Shown: positions 8,547-17,098 of the stretch, in pieces | Numbering within the stretch: the first letter of the stretch is position 1 | Layout: the number at the start of each line of letters is the position of its first letter | Origin: Eubacteriales bacterium | Lineage (GTDB): Bacteria; Bacillota; Clostridia; Oscillospirales; SIG627 | Assembly: GCA_045660745.1 (NCBI GenBank) | Contig: JAZREJ010000014.1 | Span: 10,342-74,341, forward strand | Length of the DNA stretch: 64,000 nucleotides | Direction of reading: 5' to 3' | The notes under the pieces: model-generated | What the model was told of the DNA's origin: nothing | Databases searched by the model: none | What the model saw: only the letters and a program-made list of their open reading frames with translations | Position numbers and translations under genes: made by a program

Positions 8547-9482
8547 ATGGAAGCAATTTTAATCATCATCGGAGTAATAGTAATATTTATAATCTCAAAC
8601 ATCAAGATAGTATCCCAAGCATGTGCTTTCGTAATTGAAAGACTTGGTGCTTACAACACCACATGGAACACAGGTATCCACTTCAAGATACCCTTCATCG
8701 ACAGAATAGCAAAGCGAGTAAGTCTCATGGAGCAGGTATCCGACTTTCCGCCCCAGCCCGTTATCACCAAGGATAACGTAAAGATGCAGATAGACACCGT
8801 TGTGTTCTATCAGATAACCGACTGTAAGCTTTTTGCATACGGTGTGGCAAATCCTATTTCGGCAATCGAAAATCTGACTGCCACCACTCTCCGTAACATT
8901 ATAGGTGAGCTTGAGCTTGACGAAACTCTCACATCCCGCGATGTGATAAATACTAAGATGCGCGCCATTCTTGACGAAGCCACCGACCCTTGGGGAATCA
9001 AGATAAACAGAGTAGAGCTAAAAAATATCATGCCTCCCCGCGAGATACAGGAGGCTATGGAAAAGCAGATGAAGGCAGAGCGTGAACGCCGTGAAGCGAT
9101 TCTTATTGCCGAGGGTGAAAAGCATTCGGCAATTCTCGTTGCGGAAGGTCAAAAGGAATCCGCCATTCTTAAAGCTGAGGCGGAAAAACAGTCTGCCATC
9201 CTCAAGGCTGAAGCTGAAAAAGAGGCGCGTATACGCCTTGCCGAGGGTGAAGCGGAAGCCATTCTCAAGGTACAGGAGGCTACTGCCAATGGTATACGTA
9301 TGGTAAACGAATCCGCTCCCAGCGACGCGATAATCGCCATGAAGAGCCTTGAAGCCCTTGAAAAAATGGCACAAAGTCCCTCGTCGAAGATTATCATTCC
9401 GTCCGAGATACAGTCTCTTGCGGGACTCGTCACAAGTGCCTCGGTGCTTTGTGAAAAAACAAAAAGTTCAAAAGACGCTTAA
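8547..9482 (+). CDS. SPFH/Band 7 (stomatin/prohibitin-like) domain protein
   Basis: N-terminal TM helix, an SPFH core (VISQACAFVIERLGAYNTTWNTGIHFKIPFIDRIA...) and a C-terminal Ala/Glu-rich coiled coil with AILKAEAEK repeats. It is paired with nfeD. Confidence 0.88.
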   Translation: MEAILIIIGVIVIFIISNIKIVSQACAFVIERLGAYNTTWNTGIHFKIPFIDRIAKRVSLMEQVSDFPPQPVITKDNVKMQIDTVVFYQITDCKLFAYGVANPISAIENLTATTLRNIIGELELDETLTSRDVINTKMRAILDEATDPWGIKINRVELKNIMPPREIQEAMEKQMKAERERREAILIAEGEKHSAILVAEGQKESAILKAEAEKQSAILKAEAEKEARIRLAEGEAEAILKVQEATANGIRMVNESAPSDAIIAMKSLEALEKMAQSPSSKIIIPSEIQSLAGLVTSASVLCEKTKSSKDA

Positions 9483-9503
9483 AGAATAAAGTATAGAAGT
9501 AAA

Positions 9504-9537
9504 ATAAGCTCGGGAATTTATCCTGAGCTTATTTTTA
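9504..9537 (+). terminator. intrinsic terminator of the nfeD-SPFH operon
   Basis: 12-bp stem ATAAGCTCGGGA/TCCTGAGCTTAT (one G-U pair) followed by TTTTA. Confidence 0.75.
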
Positions 9538-9600
9538 TCCTCCGAAGGACAGGTGCAAAACACGCGCCATCTGCATAACATTATAATGGAGGAAATAATC

Positions 9601-10395
9601 ATGGACTACAATTTTATAATTCTCACCCCCGAGAATACCCTCCTTGACAAACGGATGGTATACCTCAAAACGCGCCTTGAAAAGAAATGGCGCACTACTC
9701 TTTTACCGTCTACCGAAAGAGTCTTTACCCCCTCCCCTTCAACGGTTTTCGTTCTGCCCTTTTCCATTTCCCAACATAGCATATCAAATCTTATCGCCTC
9801 TCTCCCCGACGGATGTACCACCTTTGGCGGAGCTTTGGGTGATGACGGTGCGTCAATAGCGGAAATGAAAAAGATTCGTCACATAAACGTTTTGTCAGAT
9901 GAAGAATTCTGTTCGGATAACGCCGCACTCACGGCAGAAGCGGCACTCTCGCTTGTTATCTCCTCCACTGAGACCGCCCTCTACGGAATGCGCACAGCGC
10001 TTTTCGGCTACGGAAGAATTGGTTCAAGGCTTGCGAGAATGCTTCTCTCACACGGTGCCAGTCTGAAGGTCTTTACCTCCAACAAAAAAGAGCTTGACGA
10101 GCTGCGCCTGAAGGGTATCAATTCCTCCCATCTGTGGAAAAGACAGGATATCGACTCTTTTTCGGTACTTATAAACACAATTCCGCTAAATCACGTAATT
10201 CCGCGCGATACACTCGCCTGCCTTGACAGGAACGCAGTCATTATAGACCTTGCCAGTGGCAACAATAACGTAGACTGGGCGGGAATGAAGCTTCTCGGCA
10301 TTAAGGGAGAGCACGCAACCTCTCTTCCCGGAAAGTATTCCCCCATGTCCGCAGCTGCTGTTCTTGAACGGGCAATTCTCAAACATCTTGAATAA
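9601..10395 (+). CDS. dpaA: dipicolinate synthase subunit A
   Basis: Trimmed to MDYNFIILTPEN (GGAGG 9 nt upstream). Rossmann motif LFGYGRIGSRLARML. It sits directly upstream of dpaB. Confidence 0.85.
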   Translation: MDYNFIILTPENTLLDKRMVYLKTRLEKKWRTTLLPSTERVFTPSPSTVFVLPFSISQHSISNLIASLPDGCTTFGGALGDDGASIAEMKKIRHINVLSDEEFCSDNAALTAEAALSLVISSTETALYGMRTALFGYGRIGSRLARMLLSHGASLKVFTSNKKELDELRLKGINSSHLWKRQDIDSFSVLINTIPLNHVIPRDTLACLDRNAVIIDLASGNNNVDWAGMKLLGIKGEHATSLPGKYSPMSAAAVLERAILKHLE

Positions 10396-10405
10396 GGAGA
10401 CCTTT

Positions 10406-10978
10406 ATGGACAAGATCCGTCTTGGATTTGCATTTACCGGCTCCTTCTGCACCTTTGAACAGGTTTTTGAAGTGCTTTCCGACATCTGTCAGGAAAAGTA
10501 CGAAATATTCCCCATACTCTCCGAGAGCGTCACGTCAAGCGACAGCCGATTCATGACGCGGGAGGAGATATACCGCCGCCTCTCGCTGATTACTCCCAAC
10601 AGCCCGATAACCACCATTGCCACCGCCGAGCCCATCGGTCCGAAAAAGCTGCTTGACGTGCTTGTAATCGCTCCATGTACGGGCAACACACTTTCAAAGC
10701 TCGCCTGCGGTATCACCGACTCGACTGTAACCATGGCGGCAAAGGCACATCTCAGAAACGAGAGACCGCTTGTTATCGCCCCCTCCTCGAATGACGCACT
10801 CTCCGCAAACCTTAAGAACATCGGTCTTCTCATGAATACACGAAACGTGTATTTCGTACCCTTCTCTCAGGATAGCCCTGAAACCAAGCACCGCTCGGTA
10901 GTTGCTTCCTTTGAGCTGATAGAGGAAACCGTAGAGAATGCACTCAAAGGGATTCAGACTCAGCCGATACTTGCATAA
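10406..10978 (+). CDS. dpaB: dipicolinate synthase subunit B (flavoprotein)
   Basis: Trimmed to MDKIRLGFAFTGSFCTF (AAGGAG upstream). Flavoprotein-family motifs are present (VIAPCTGNTLSKLACGITD). Confidence 0.88.
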   Translation: MDKIRLGFAFTGSFCTFEQVFEVLSDICQEKYEIFPILSESVTSSDSRFMTREEIYRRLSLITPNSPITTIATAEPIGPKKLLDVLVIAPCTGNTLSKLACGITDSTVTMAAKAHLRNERPLVIAPSSNDALSANLKNIGLLMNTRNVYFVPFSQDSPETKHRSVVASFELIEETVENALKGIQTQPILA

Positions 10979-11191
10979 AAAGTGACAAATATATTATTCC
11001 TTACCCATCGCCCCATATTGGGGGAATTATACACTTTTTTGTAATATATACAAAAAACACTCTTAAATACACAACTTACCATAAGATAAAAAAGCGGCTG
11101 GAGCCGCATCAATTCTCGCCTATCGCAACCTAATATATCTGCTCATGCAAAGTAAAACGGCGAGCTTGTTTAATGCAATTTCCTATGGAAT

Positions 11192-11229
11192 AAAAAAATG
11201 CTGTAAAAGCCTTGTGGCTTTTACAGCAT
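11192..11229 (-). terminator. intrinsic terminator after the EamA gene (bidirectional shape)
   Basis: 14-bp stem ATGCTGTAAAAGCC/GGCTTTTACAGCAT with loop TTGT. An A6 run on the plus strand gives a T-run on the minus strand; TTTTC follows on the plus strand. Confidence 0.8.
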
Positions 11230-11233
11230 TTTC

Positions 11234-12127
11234 TTAAATATCAACAGATTTGTCACGCGGGCGACGTTCTTTACGACGGTGCGGCATCTGTGCAAGAACA
11301 GATGCACCGAGGATTATTACAATTCCGAGAAATCCCGTCCATGTAAAAGTCTCGCCGAGAAGAGTATATGAAAAAATAAGTGCTCCTGCAGGGTCAATGT
11401 AACTGAAAAGAGCTGCATCACTCACTTTGATACTCTTTATAGAAGTGAAATACAAAAGATATGCAACGCCCGTATGCACGATGCCGAGAAGAAGAAGTGT
11501 CATAAAATCCTTCGACAGATGATCCTCATAAGCGCTGAGAGGAACACTGATAAATACATAAAGGAGCATAACGATGCTTGATATACCGAGCTGTATAACA
11601 GTGGTCTCTATGCCCGAAATATTCTTAAGCTTCTTGTTAAGAAGCACTATTGCAGCGTAGAGTAATGCGGCACCGAGAGACACGGCAATTCCGTCAAAGC
11701 TCACCTTACTGTCGGGACTCAAGATGCCCGAAACAGGTATCATACCGAGAAAAGCCGCAAAAGCGCAGAGAACCTTGATGAAGCCCGGCTTTTCCTTCAG
11801 TACAAATGGCGAAAGGATTATTACGATGGCGGGAGCAAGGTAGTAACAAAGAGTAGCGGTAGCAACACCCGTCATTTTGTAACCTTCAAAAAGAAGCACC
11901 CAGTTGGCACCGAGAAATATTCCCGACGGAATAAGATACTTTGCATTTGATAAAAACACCCTTTTATCAAGCTTCTTACCTGTAAAAAGTATTACAAGTA
12001 AAAGTATCACTGTACCGAAAACAGATCTGAAAAGCGCTGTAACGCTTGACGGAACCGACAAGGCATCAACAAAAACCCCTATTGAGGAAAAGATAAGCAT
12101 TGACACAACAAACAGAATTCGGCTCAT
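11234..12127 (-). CDS. EamA/DMT family transporter
   Basis: Trimmed to MSRILFVVSMLIFSSIGVF. About 10 TM helices with a duplicated EamA-like pattern. Its ATG overlaps the upstream stop (ATGA). Confidence 0.8.
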   Translation of the reverse strand: MSRILFVVSMLIFSSIGVFVDALSVPSSVTALFRSVFGTVILLLVILFTGKKLDKRVFLSNAKYLIPSGIFLGANWVLLFEGYKMTGVATATLCYYLAPAIVIILSPFVLKEKPGFIKVLCAFAAFLGMIPVSGILSPDSKVSFDGIAVSLGAALLYAAIVLLNKKLKNISGIETTVIQLGISSIVMLLYVFISVPLSAYEDHLSKDFMTLLLLGIVHTGVAYLLYFTSIKSIKVSDAALFSYIDPAGALIFSYTLLGETFTWTGFLGIVIILGASVLAQMPHRRKERRPRDKSVDI

Positions 12128-13005
12128 ATTTTGTCCTCCATATAACACTTCATGGTTTTTTCTATCCAATACGTATGCTCGGCATTCGGGGTGCATTTTT
12201 CAAGCGCACGAAATCTTTCATACATTTCCACCCCGTCCGACACGTCATGCCATGTGTCGGCGTATATATAATCGTAATTTTCGAACGGTGCCGTCTTTTC
12301 AGCATATTCAAAGGCATCCGCACAGACAAGTCTCACCTTTTCAGGGTGCTTAAACTGAGGGAGTATATGCTCGCGAAAAAGCTCGATCACAGTCGAATTT
12401 ATGTCCACCGCCGTAACCGACTCCACCTCATCCATAAGACTTGTAAGATACACAAAATAACCGAGCCCGAGTCCGTATGTAAGGACCTTGCCGTGCGCCT
12501 TTTTGATGTCATCACGCATTGTGTGCACCTCATTCGGAGTAACCAGCATCCATTCCACCCCGTTTTCAAAAATAGCGGGATATCTGAACTCCGTATCAAA
12601 AAAGCCAAGCTGAGGGATAACGCGTCCGTCGTCAAGCGCAAGAGGGTCATCAAGAGGAATAAGCTCATACGGCTTTATAACACAGTTTTTCATTTCCCAA
12701 TTGCCTTTTTTTACGTCGGGAAGGCGGATGTTTTTATAATAAGGGTCCTCTTTATACACCGACTCGTCAAGGTAGTGAGTCATGTGAGGAAAATAAAGGC
12801 TATATATTTCACGGTCGGTCTCATCCGTATCAGGTTGAAAATAAAGTGCTCCCGCAAGAAGCAGATCATACGCCTCTTTCGTTTCAAGACCGCACTCTCT
12901 CACAAGCTCATCAACTATTTCCGGGGTGATAAAATCGGATTGAAGATTCATATATACCGAAAGGCGTGAAAAAAGCTCGCGGTTATACTTTTTCATCTTA
13001 TTCAT
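12124..13005 (-). CDS. class I SAM-dependent methyltransferase / spermidine synthase-fold protein, function unknown
   Basis: Rossmann-like motif block VLTYGLGLGYFVYL...VTAVDINSTVIEL...LVCADAFEYAE...YDYIYADTWHD. The start is uncertain (TTG 13017, ATG 13005 or ATG 12996; no strong RBS). Confidence 0.5.
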   Translation of the reverse strand: MNKMKKYNRELFSRLSVYMNLQSDFITPEIVDELVRECGLETKEAYDLLLAGALYFQPDTDETDREIYSLYFPHMTHYLDESVYKEDPYYKNIRLPDVKKGNWEMKNCVIKPYELIPLDDPLALDDGRVIPQLGFFDTEFRYPAIFENGVEWMLVTPNEVHTMRDDIKKAHGKVLTYGLGLGYFVYLTSLMDEVESVTAVDINSTVIELFREHILPQFKHPEKVRLVCADAFEYAEKTAPFENYDYIYADTWHDVSDGVEMYERFRALEKCTPNAEHTYWIEKTMKCYMEDKI

Positions 13006-13018
13006 AGCGATTCTCAAA

Positions 13019-13043
13019 GCACCACACGAAATCCGTGTGGTGC
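13019..13043 (-). other. GC-rich intercistronic hairpin between the ligase and methyltransferase-like genes
   Basis: Perfect 10-bp stem GCACCACACG/CGTGTGGTGC with a 5-nt loop. Only TTT follows on the coding strand. Confidence 0.6.
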
Positions 13044-13053
13044 GTTCAGTGGT

Positions 13054-14772
13054 TTATTTTTTTAGTTTTGCAAGTTCCTCTTCTTCAAGAACTCTGTAAG
13101 CAACCTTTCCCACAAGTGTCTTTGGTAAAGACTCGCGAAATTCGATATCGTAAGGCATTGCGTACTTTGCGATATTCTTTCTGCAATGAGCAAGTATTGC
13201 CTCCTTCTTATCCTCACTCGGTGCGATTCCGGGTCTTAGCATTACAAACGCCTTGACCTTCTGCATCTTGTACGGATCGGGAAGACCTATAACACAGCTC
13301 ATCTGCACAAACTCATGAGCATCTATGATATTCTCAAGCTGAGACGGATAAACGTTGTATCCGCTTGTGATTATCATTCTCTTCATTCTCTGCTTAAAGT
13401 AAATAAATCCTTCGGCATCCATAACGCCAAGGTCGCCCGAGTGTACCCAAGTCATTCCGTCGGCATGAGTGCGAAGAGTATTTGCAGTCTCTTCGGGGTG
13501 ATCAAGGTATTCTCTCATGACGGTGGGACCTGCAATACATATCTCACCTTCAACTCCGTACTCTACCTCTTTATCGGTTCCCGGTTCAACAATCTTGAAA
13601 TACATATCAGGGAATGGCTGTCCGATACTGCCCTCCTTATACATATGAGTAGGCGTAAGACAGGAGGCTGTAACGCACTCGGTCATACCGTAGCCCTCAC
13701 GGATCTGTATCGTTGCCTTGTGGTCATAAAGGAAAGAATCAAACTTCTTTTTAAGCTCTACCGACAGCGAATCTCCTCCGCTGAATACACCCTTGAGATA
13801 GGAGAGATTTTCCCCTTCAAGGCAGGACTGGCGGAGTATCGCCTCATAAAGAGTGGGAACTCCCGCAACAAAATTACACTGATATTTTTTAATAAGCTTT
13901 GCATAGCTTTGAGGAGTAAATCTCGGAACGAGAATACATCTGCCTCCGTTTGCAAGCATTGAATGTATGCTTACACCAAGTCCGAAGCCATGGAAAATAG
14001 GCATTGCCGCAAGCATCTTGTCACCGGGTCGGAACATGGGATTGGTAGCTACTATCTGCTTTGAAAGTGCATTGAAATTAAGATTTGTAAGCACAATTCC
14101 TTTAGTTGTGCCCGTAGTACCGCCACTGTAAAGGATTACGGCAGGGTCATCGGCTTTCTTGTTTGCTCTGTACTTCCAGTGATACTTTTTGCCCGAATTC
14201 ATAAAATCCTTCCAACGGATTATGGGGGCATCCTTTGGTATCTTTGCAATCTTTCTGCCCTCTGTGAGCATATATCCCGCTCTGAGAGTGGGAGACAGCG
14301 CATCCTTGATGGAAGCGATAATGATATTGGCAATATTAACGTTCGGGCGTATTGCTTCAAACTTATTATAGAACTGATCAAGAGTAATAGCGTAAAGGCT
14401 ACCCGACTCCTTGAGATAAAACTCTATCTCATTCTGGCTTGAGAGCGGATGTATCATATTTGCAATAGCGCCGACAAGGTTTGTGGCATAAAACATTATG
14501 ATGCCCTGAGGACAGTTGGGCATACATATCGTGATGCGGTCGCCTTCTCTCACACCTATTGATTTAAGTGAGCGTGCACAAAGCTCTACTGCCTTTACAA
14601 AATCCTGGTATGTAGTCTTCGAACCCATAAAATCGTAAGCTATATATTTCGGGTACTTTTTAGCAACAGTCTCTATAAGCTCCCACATTGAGCCCTTGAA
14701 ATAGTCAAGTGATTTGGGAATATCCCCGTAATGCTTGAGCCAAGGAGCTCGCACTTTTGTAACGGTTTCCAT
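13054..14772 (-). CDS. AMP-binding acyl-CoA/acyl-AMP ligase (FadD-like)
   Basis: Adenylate-forming motifs are present: ILYSGGTTGTTKGIVLT, REGYGMTE, WVHSGDLG, ITSGYNVYP and PKTLVGKV. Confidence 0.88.
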   Translation of the reverse strand: METVTKVRAPWLKHYGDIPKSLDYFKGSMWELIETVAKKYPKYIAYDFMGSKTTYQDFVKAVELCARSLKSIGVREGDRITICMPNCPQGIIMFYATNLVGAIANMIHPLSSQNEIEFYLKESGSLYAITLDQFYNKFEAIRPNVNIANIIIASIKDALSPTLRAGYMLTEGRKIAKIPKDAPIIRWKDFMNSGKKYHWKYRANKKADDPAVILYSGGTTGTTKGIVLTNLNFNALSKQIVATNPMFRPGDKMLAAMPIFHGFGLGVSIHSMLANGGRCILVPRFTPQSYAKLIKKYQCNFVAGVPTLYEAILRQSCLEGENLSYLKGVFSGGDSLSVELKKKFDSFLYDHKATIQIREGYGMTECVTASCLTPTHMYKEGSIGQPFPDMYFKIVEPGTDKEVEYGVEGEICIAGPTVMREYLDHPEETANTLRTHADGMTWVHSGDLGVMDAEGFIYFKQRMKRMIITSGYNVYPSQLENIIDAHEFVQMSCVIGLPDPYKMQKVKAFVMLRPGIAPSEDKKEAILAHCRKNIAKYAMPYDIEFRESLPKTLVGKVAYRVLEEEELAKLKK

Positions 14773-15659
14773 TATAATTCAACCTCCGTCATAATAGGGA
14801 GTTCAAGCAACTCCGGATTCAAAAGGAGCTTTCTCAATATTTTTATACTATTGGCAAAATAAACGCCGTCCGCGATTCGCTCGTCAATAGTGATGCCAAG
14901 CTTGATAGCATCACACACGTAGGGCTTTCCTTCGCTGTCAAAGAGCATCTTCTTCTCCTTTTCATCAATTATCACGAACAGAGAATTCGTTCCCCAATCG
15001 GTCAAATGATGATAGCTTGCATGCATCTTTATACTGCCGAGATTAGACACGTAAACGCTGGAAAAATACGGATCGTCCTTCATCATGGATTTCGGATACC
15101 ATCCGTGGTAATCCATCCAACGAAGAACCCTTACAATAAGCTTTACAATAGGTCTCGGGAACTTCAAAACAGTAGCCATGATATCAGTAGCTCCGTCGGT
15201 CTTACCTTCCTTACGCACACTGTAAACAAAGTTCTTTATCTTATTATGTATCTGCTCAACGGGGGATTCATCAGTATCTCTGTCAACCTTGATTATCGCA
15301 AGAGCCTCGTCGCTGTTATCAACAAGGCGCCTCTTGGCGGTAAACGAGATGCTTATATCTTTTCTCTCGTAAAAGCGCTGTCCGGCGTAAAATCTGTTCA
15401 TTCTGGGACGAAGGGCTATAGTCTTTGCTATCGCCGCGCAGATAACGTGGAAAAACGTATATTTAAATTCGGGAGAATCCGCATTCTTCTTTTCAATATA
15501 TGCCATTACCGCCGTCAGGTCTATAACTTCAGTCATAGATGCTTCGTTTGCAACTCTGTTGGGAAGCAGATACGGAAAAAATTTATGCATTGTATCCGCA
15601 TCTTTTATATAATATCCGTCAGAACGGTCAAGCCTGTGCTTTTTTTTCTCTTTAGCCAT
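14772..15659 (-). CDS. 2-oxoacid dehydrogenase E2 / CAT-fold acyltransferase-like protein (stand-alone catalytic domain)
   Basis: About 295 aa. The C-terminal block SNLGSIKMHASYHHLTDWGTNSLFVIIDE...LGITIDERIADGVYFANSIKIL aligns by eye to the E2 catalytic core. Its stop overlaps the ligase start by 1 nt (TAATG). Confidence 0.55.
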   Translation of the reverse strand: MAKEKKKHRLDRSDGYYIKDADTMHKFFPYLLPNRVANEASMTEVIDLTAVMAYIEKKNADSPEFKYTFFHVICAAIAKTIALRPRMNRFYAGQRFYERKDISISFTAKRRLVDNSDEALAIIKVDRDTDESPVEQIHNKIKNFVYSVRKEGKTDGATDIMATVLKFPRPIVKLIVRVLRWMDYHGWYPKSMMKDDPYFSSVYVSNLGSIKMHASYHHLTDWGTNSLFVIIDEKEKKMLFDSEGKPYVCDAIKLGITIDERIADGVYFANSIKILRKLLLNPELLELPIMTEVEL

Positions 15660-15719
15660 AATACCCTCCGGTAATTTTTATATCTTTACGGTATAACGGG
15701 TTTCGACAACATTCAATAT

Positions 15720-15748
15720 ATTATACATCAAAATCTTCTAAAAGTCAA
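15720..15748 (-). promoter_or_regulatory. sigma-A-type promoter of the acyltransferase-ligase-MTase-EamA operon
   Basis: Reverse strand: TTGACT (15748-15743), 17-nt spacer, TATAAT (15725-15720). Confidence 0.6.
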
Positions 15749-15761
15749 CCTTAATAATTTT

Positions 15762-15800
15762 AAAAAAGATTCGGAAGAAGCGTTTGCTTCTTCCGAATCT
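15762..15800 (-). terminator. intrinsic terminator of the alpha/beta hydrolase gene
   Basis: 15-bp stem AGATTCGGAAGAAGC/GCTTCTTCCGAATCT with loop GTTT. The minus-strand T-run corresponds to plus-strand AAAAAA at 15762-15767. Confidence 0.85.
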
Positions 15801-15811
15801 GTCTTTCAGCA

Positions 15812-16846
15812 TTATTTTCTTACGATGGAATTGAATACAGGGTAGGAAGCATCAGCGTAAAATCTGTGTCCGCCGTCTCCTATAACGTGTGCGAGATTTT
15901 CCTCACATCCTGCCGCTTTATAAGCCACTTTTGCAAGCTCAACGCTGCGTTTTGCTCCATCTATCGGGAAAATCACGTCGTCCTTGCCCGAAACAATTAC
16001 CATTGCTCTGGGAGCAACAAGTCCCGCAAGATCTCCCATGTCAAAATACTTTGAAACAGACGGGATGTAATTGCATGCACAGTGCATCATTGCAACGATT
16101 GAATCAAGGTATGTACAAACAGCACAACACGGAATAGCGCCCTTGATTCTTTCCTCGATACAAGCCGCATAGAAGGTAGCTGTACCGCCGCCCGAATTAC
16201 CCATACAGTAAATATTGTCGGTGTCAAGCTCGGGAAATTCTTTTTCAAGCACGTCAATAAGTCTTGATATATCCCAAACTCTCTCACCTATTGCCGTTCT
16301 TCCGGTCATAAGAGTTGGCATTACCGAAAGAGCACCGGGTCTTGTGGCGGAAGGATGGCATCCGGGGCCGTTTTCGTCACCGCCGCATTCACCCATGTAT
16401 CTCTGTTCAAGCACAACGGGGGCATAGCCGTTTTTCAAAGCGTGCACCGCAAAGTCGCGATCTCCGCCCTTTATAGTCTCCTCATCACCGGGATATTTCG
16501 GCTGACCGAGCGAAATATGCATTCCCTTGGAATGTCCCTGAAGACAAATCATGGGAGCAATTTTTCCCTCAAGATTCCTCGGAAGACGAATAACCGCGGG
16601 AGCGTAATACCCATCCTCACTCTGGAATGAGAAGCGTATTTCGTAATACTCCTCAGTCTCGGTTTTTGATTCAATAAGAAAATCAGGGTCGCAGGGGGAT
16701 ATCATGTCAAGTCCGAGAAGTTCCCACAGCTTTGCACGTGCTCTCTTCTGCCACTCGGAAAAATCTTCCTTTCCGTCATATCTCATCTCGGGAACTCTCT
16801 TTTCAATGAAGTTCCAGTATATATTCTTAGGATTCTGATTTCTCAT
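15812..16846 (-). CDS. alpha/beta hydrolase (acetylxylan esterase / dienelactone hydrolase-like)
   Basis: Nucleophile elbow CMGNSGGGT and a C-terminal ...GDGGHRFY histidine region. Trimmed to MRNQNPKNIYWNF. Confidence 0.6.
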   Translation of the reverse strand: MRNQNPKNIYWNFIEKRVPEMRYDGKEDFSEWQKRARAKLWELLGLDMISPCDPDFLIESKTETEEYYEIRFSFQSEDGYYAPAVIRLPRNLEGKIAPMICLQGHSKGMHISLGQPKYPGDEETIKGGDRDFAVHALKNGYAPVVLEQRYMGECGGDENGPGCHPSATRPGALSVMPTLMTGRTAIGERVWDISRLIDVLEKEFPELDTDNIYCMGNSGGGTATFYAACIEERIKGAIPCCAVCTYLDSIVAMMHCACNYIPSVSKYFDMGDLAGLVAPRAMVIVSGKDDVIFPIDGAKRSVELAKVAYKAAGCEENLAHVIGDGGHRFYADASYPVFNSIVRK

Positions 16847-17027
16847 ATGTATATACATACCTCCGTTTTATACAATATATTTCAGGTTTTCAAAAACGTA
16901 TCCGCTGCAAATGGTTTGAAGCGAGGGATAAGATAAAACCTTTTTATAATTTTATCACCAATCACCGCTCTTGTCTATAGTAAAATTGCTGAAATATAGT
17001 TAAAATACAACAAATATAGTAAATATA

Positions 17028-17056
17028 TTGATTTATTCGCAATTTTTTTGTATAAT
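17028..17056 (+). promoter_or_regulatory. sigma-A-type promoter of the SPFH/zinc-ribbon/TPM operon
   Basis: TTGATT (17028-17033), 17-nt spacer, TATAAT (17051-17056). Confidence 0.65.
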
Positions 17057-17098
17057 ATGTATGCAAAAGTATTTTCACCTTTGAAAGGAGATATAAAT

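Noticed and set aside
9540-9600. Sigma-K-type promoter (AC ... CATA---TA) upstream of dpaA
   Set aside because: Only a partial -10 match (CATAACATT) and no properly spaced -35 AC. It cannot be supported without a matrix scan or TSS data.
11091-11112. Second minus-strand terminator-like hairpin GCGGCTCCAGCCGC + T6, downstream of the EamA terminator
   Set aside because: It is a short 6-bp stem with no adjacent gene to terminate. Possibly a back-up terminator, but not strong enough to list as a feature.
12100-12969. 289-aa plus-strand ORF; also 15006-15674 (222 aa), 13315-13962 (215 aa)
   Set aside because: Antisense shadows of the methyltransferase-like, acyltransferase-like and ligase genes, whose own frames carry clear family motifs.
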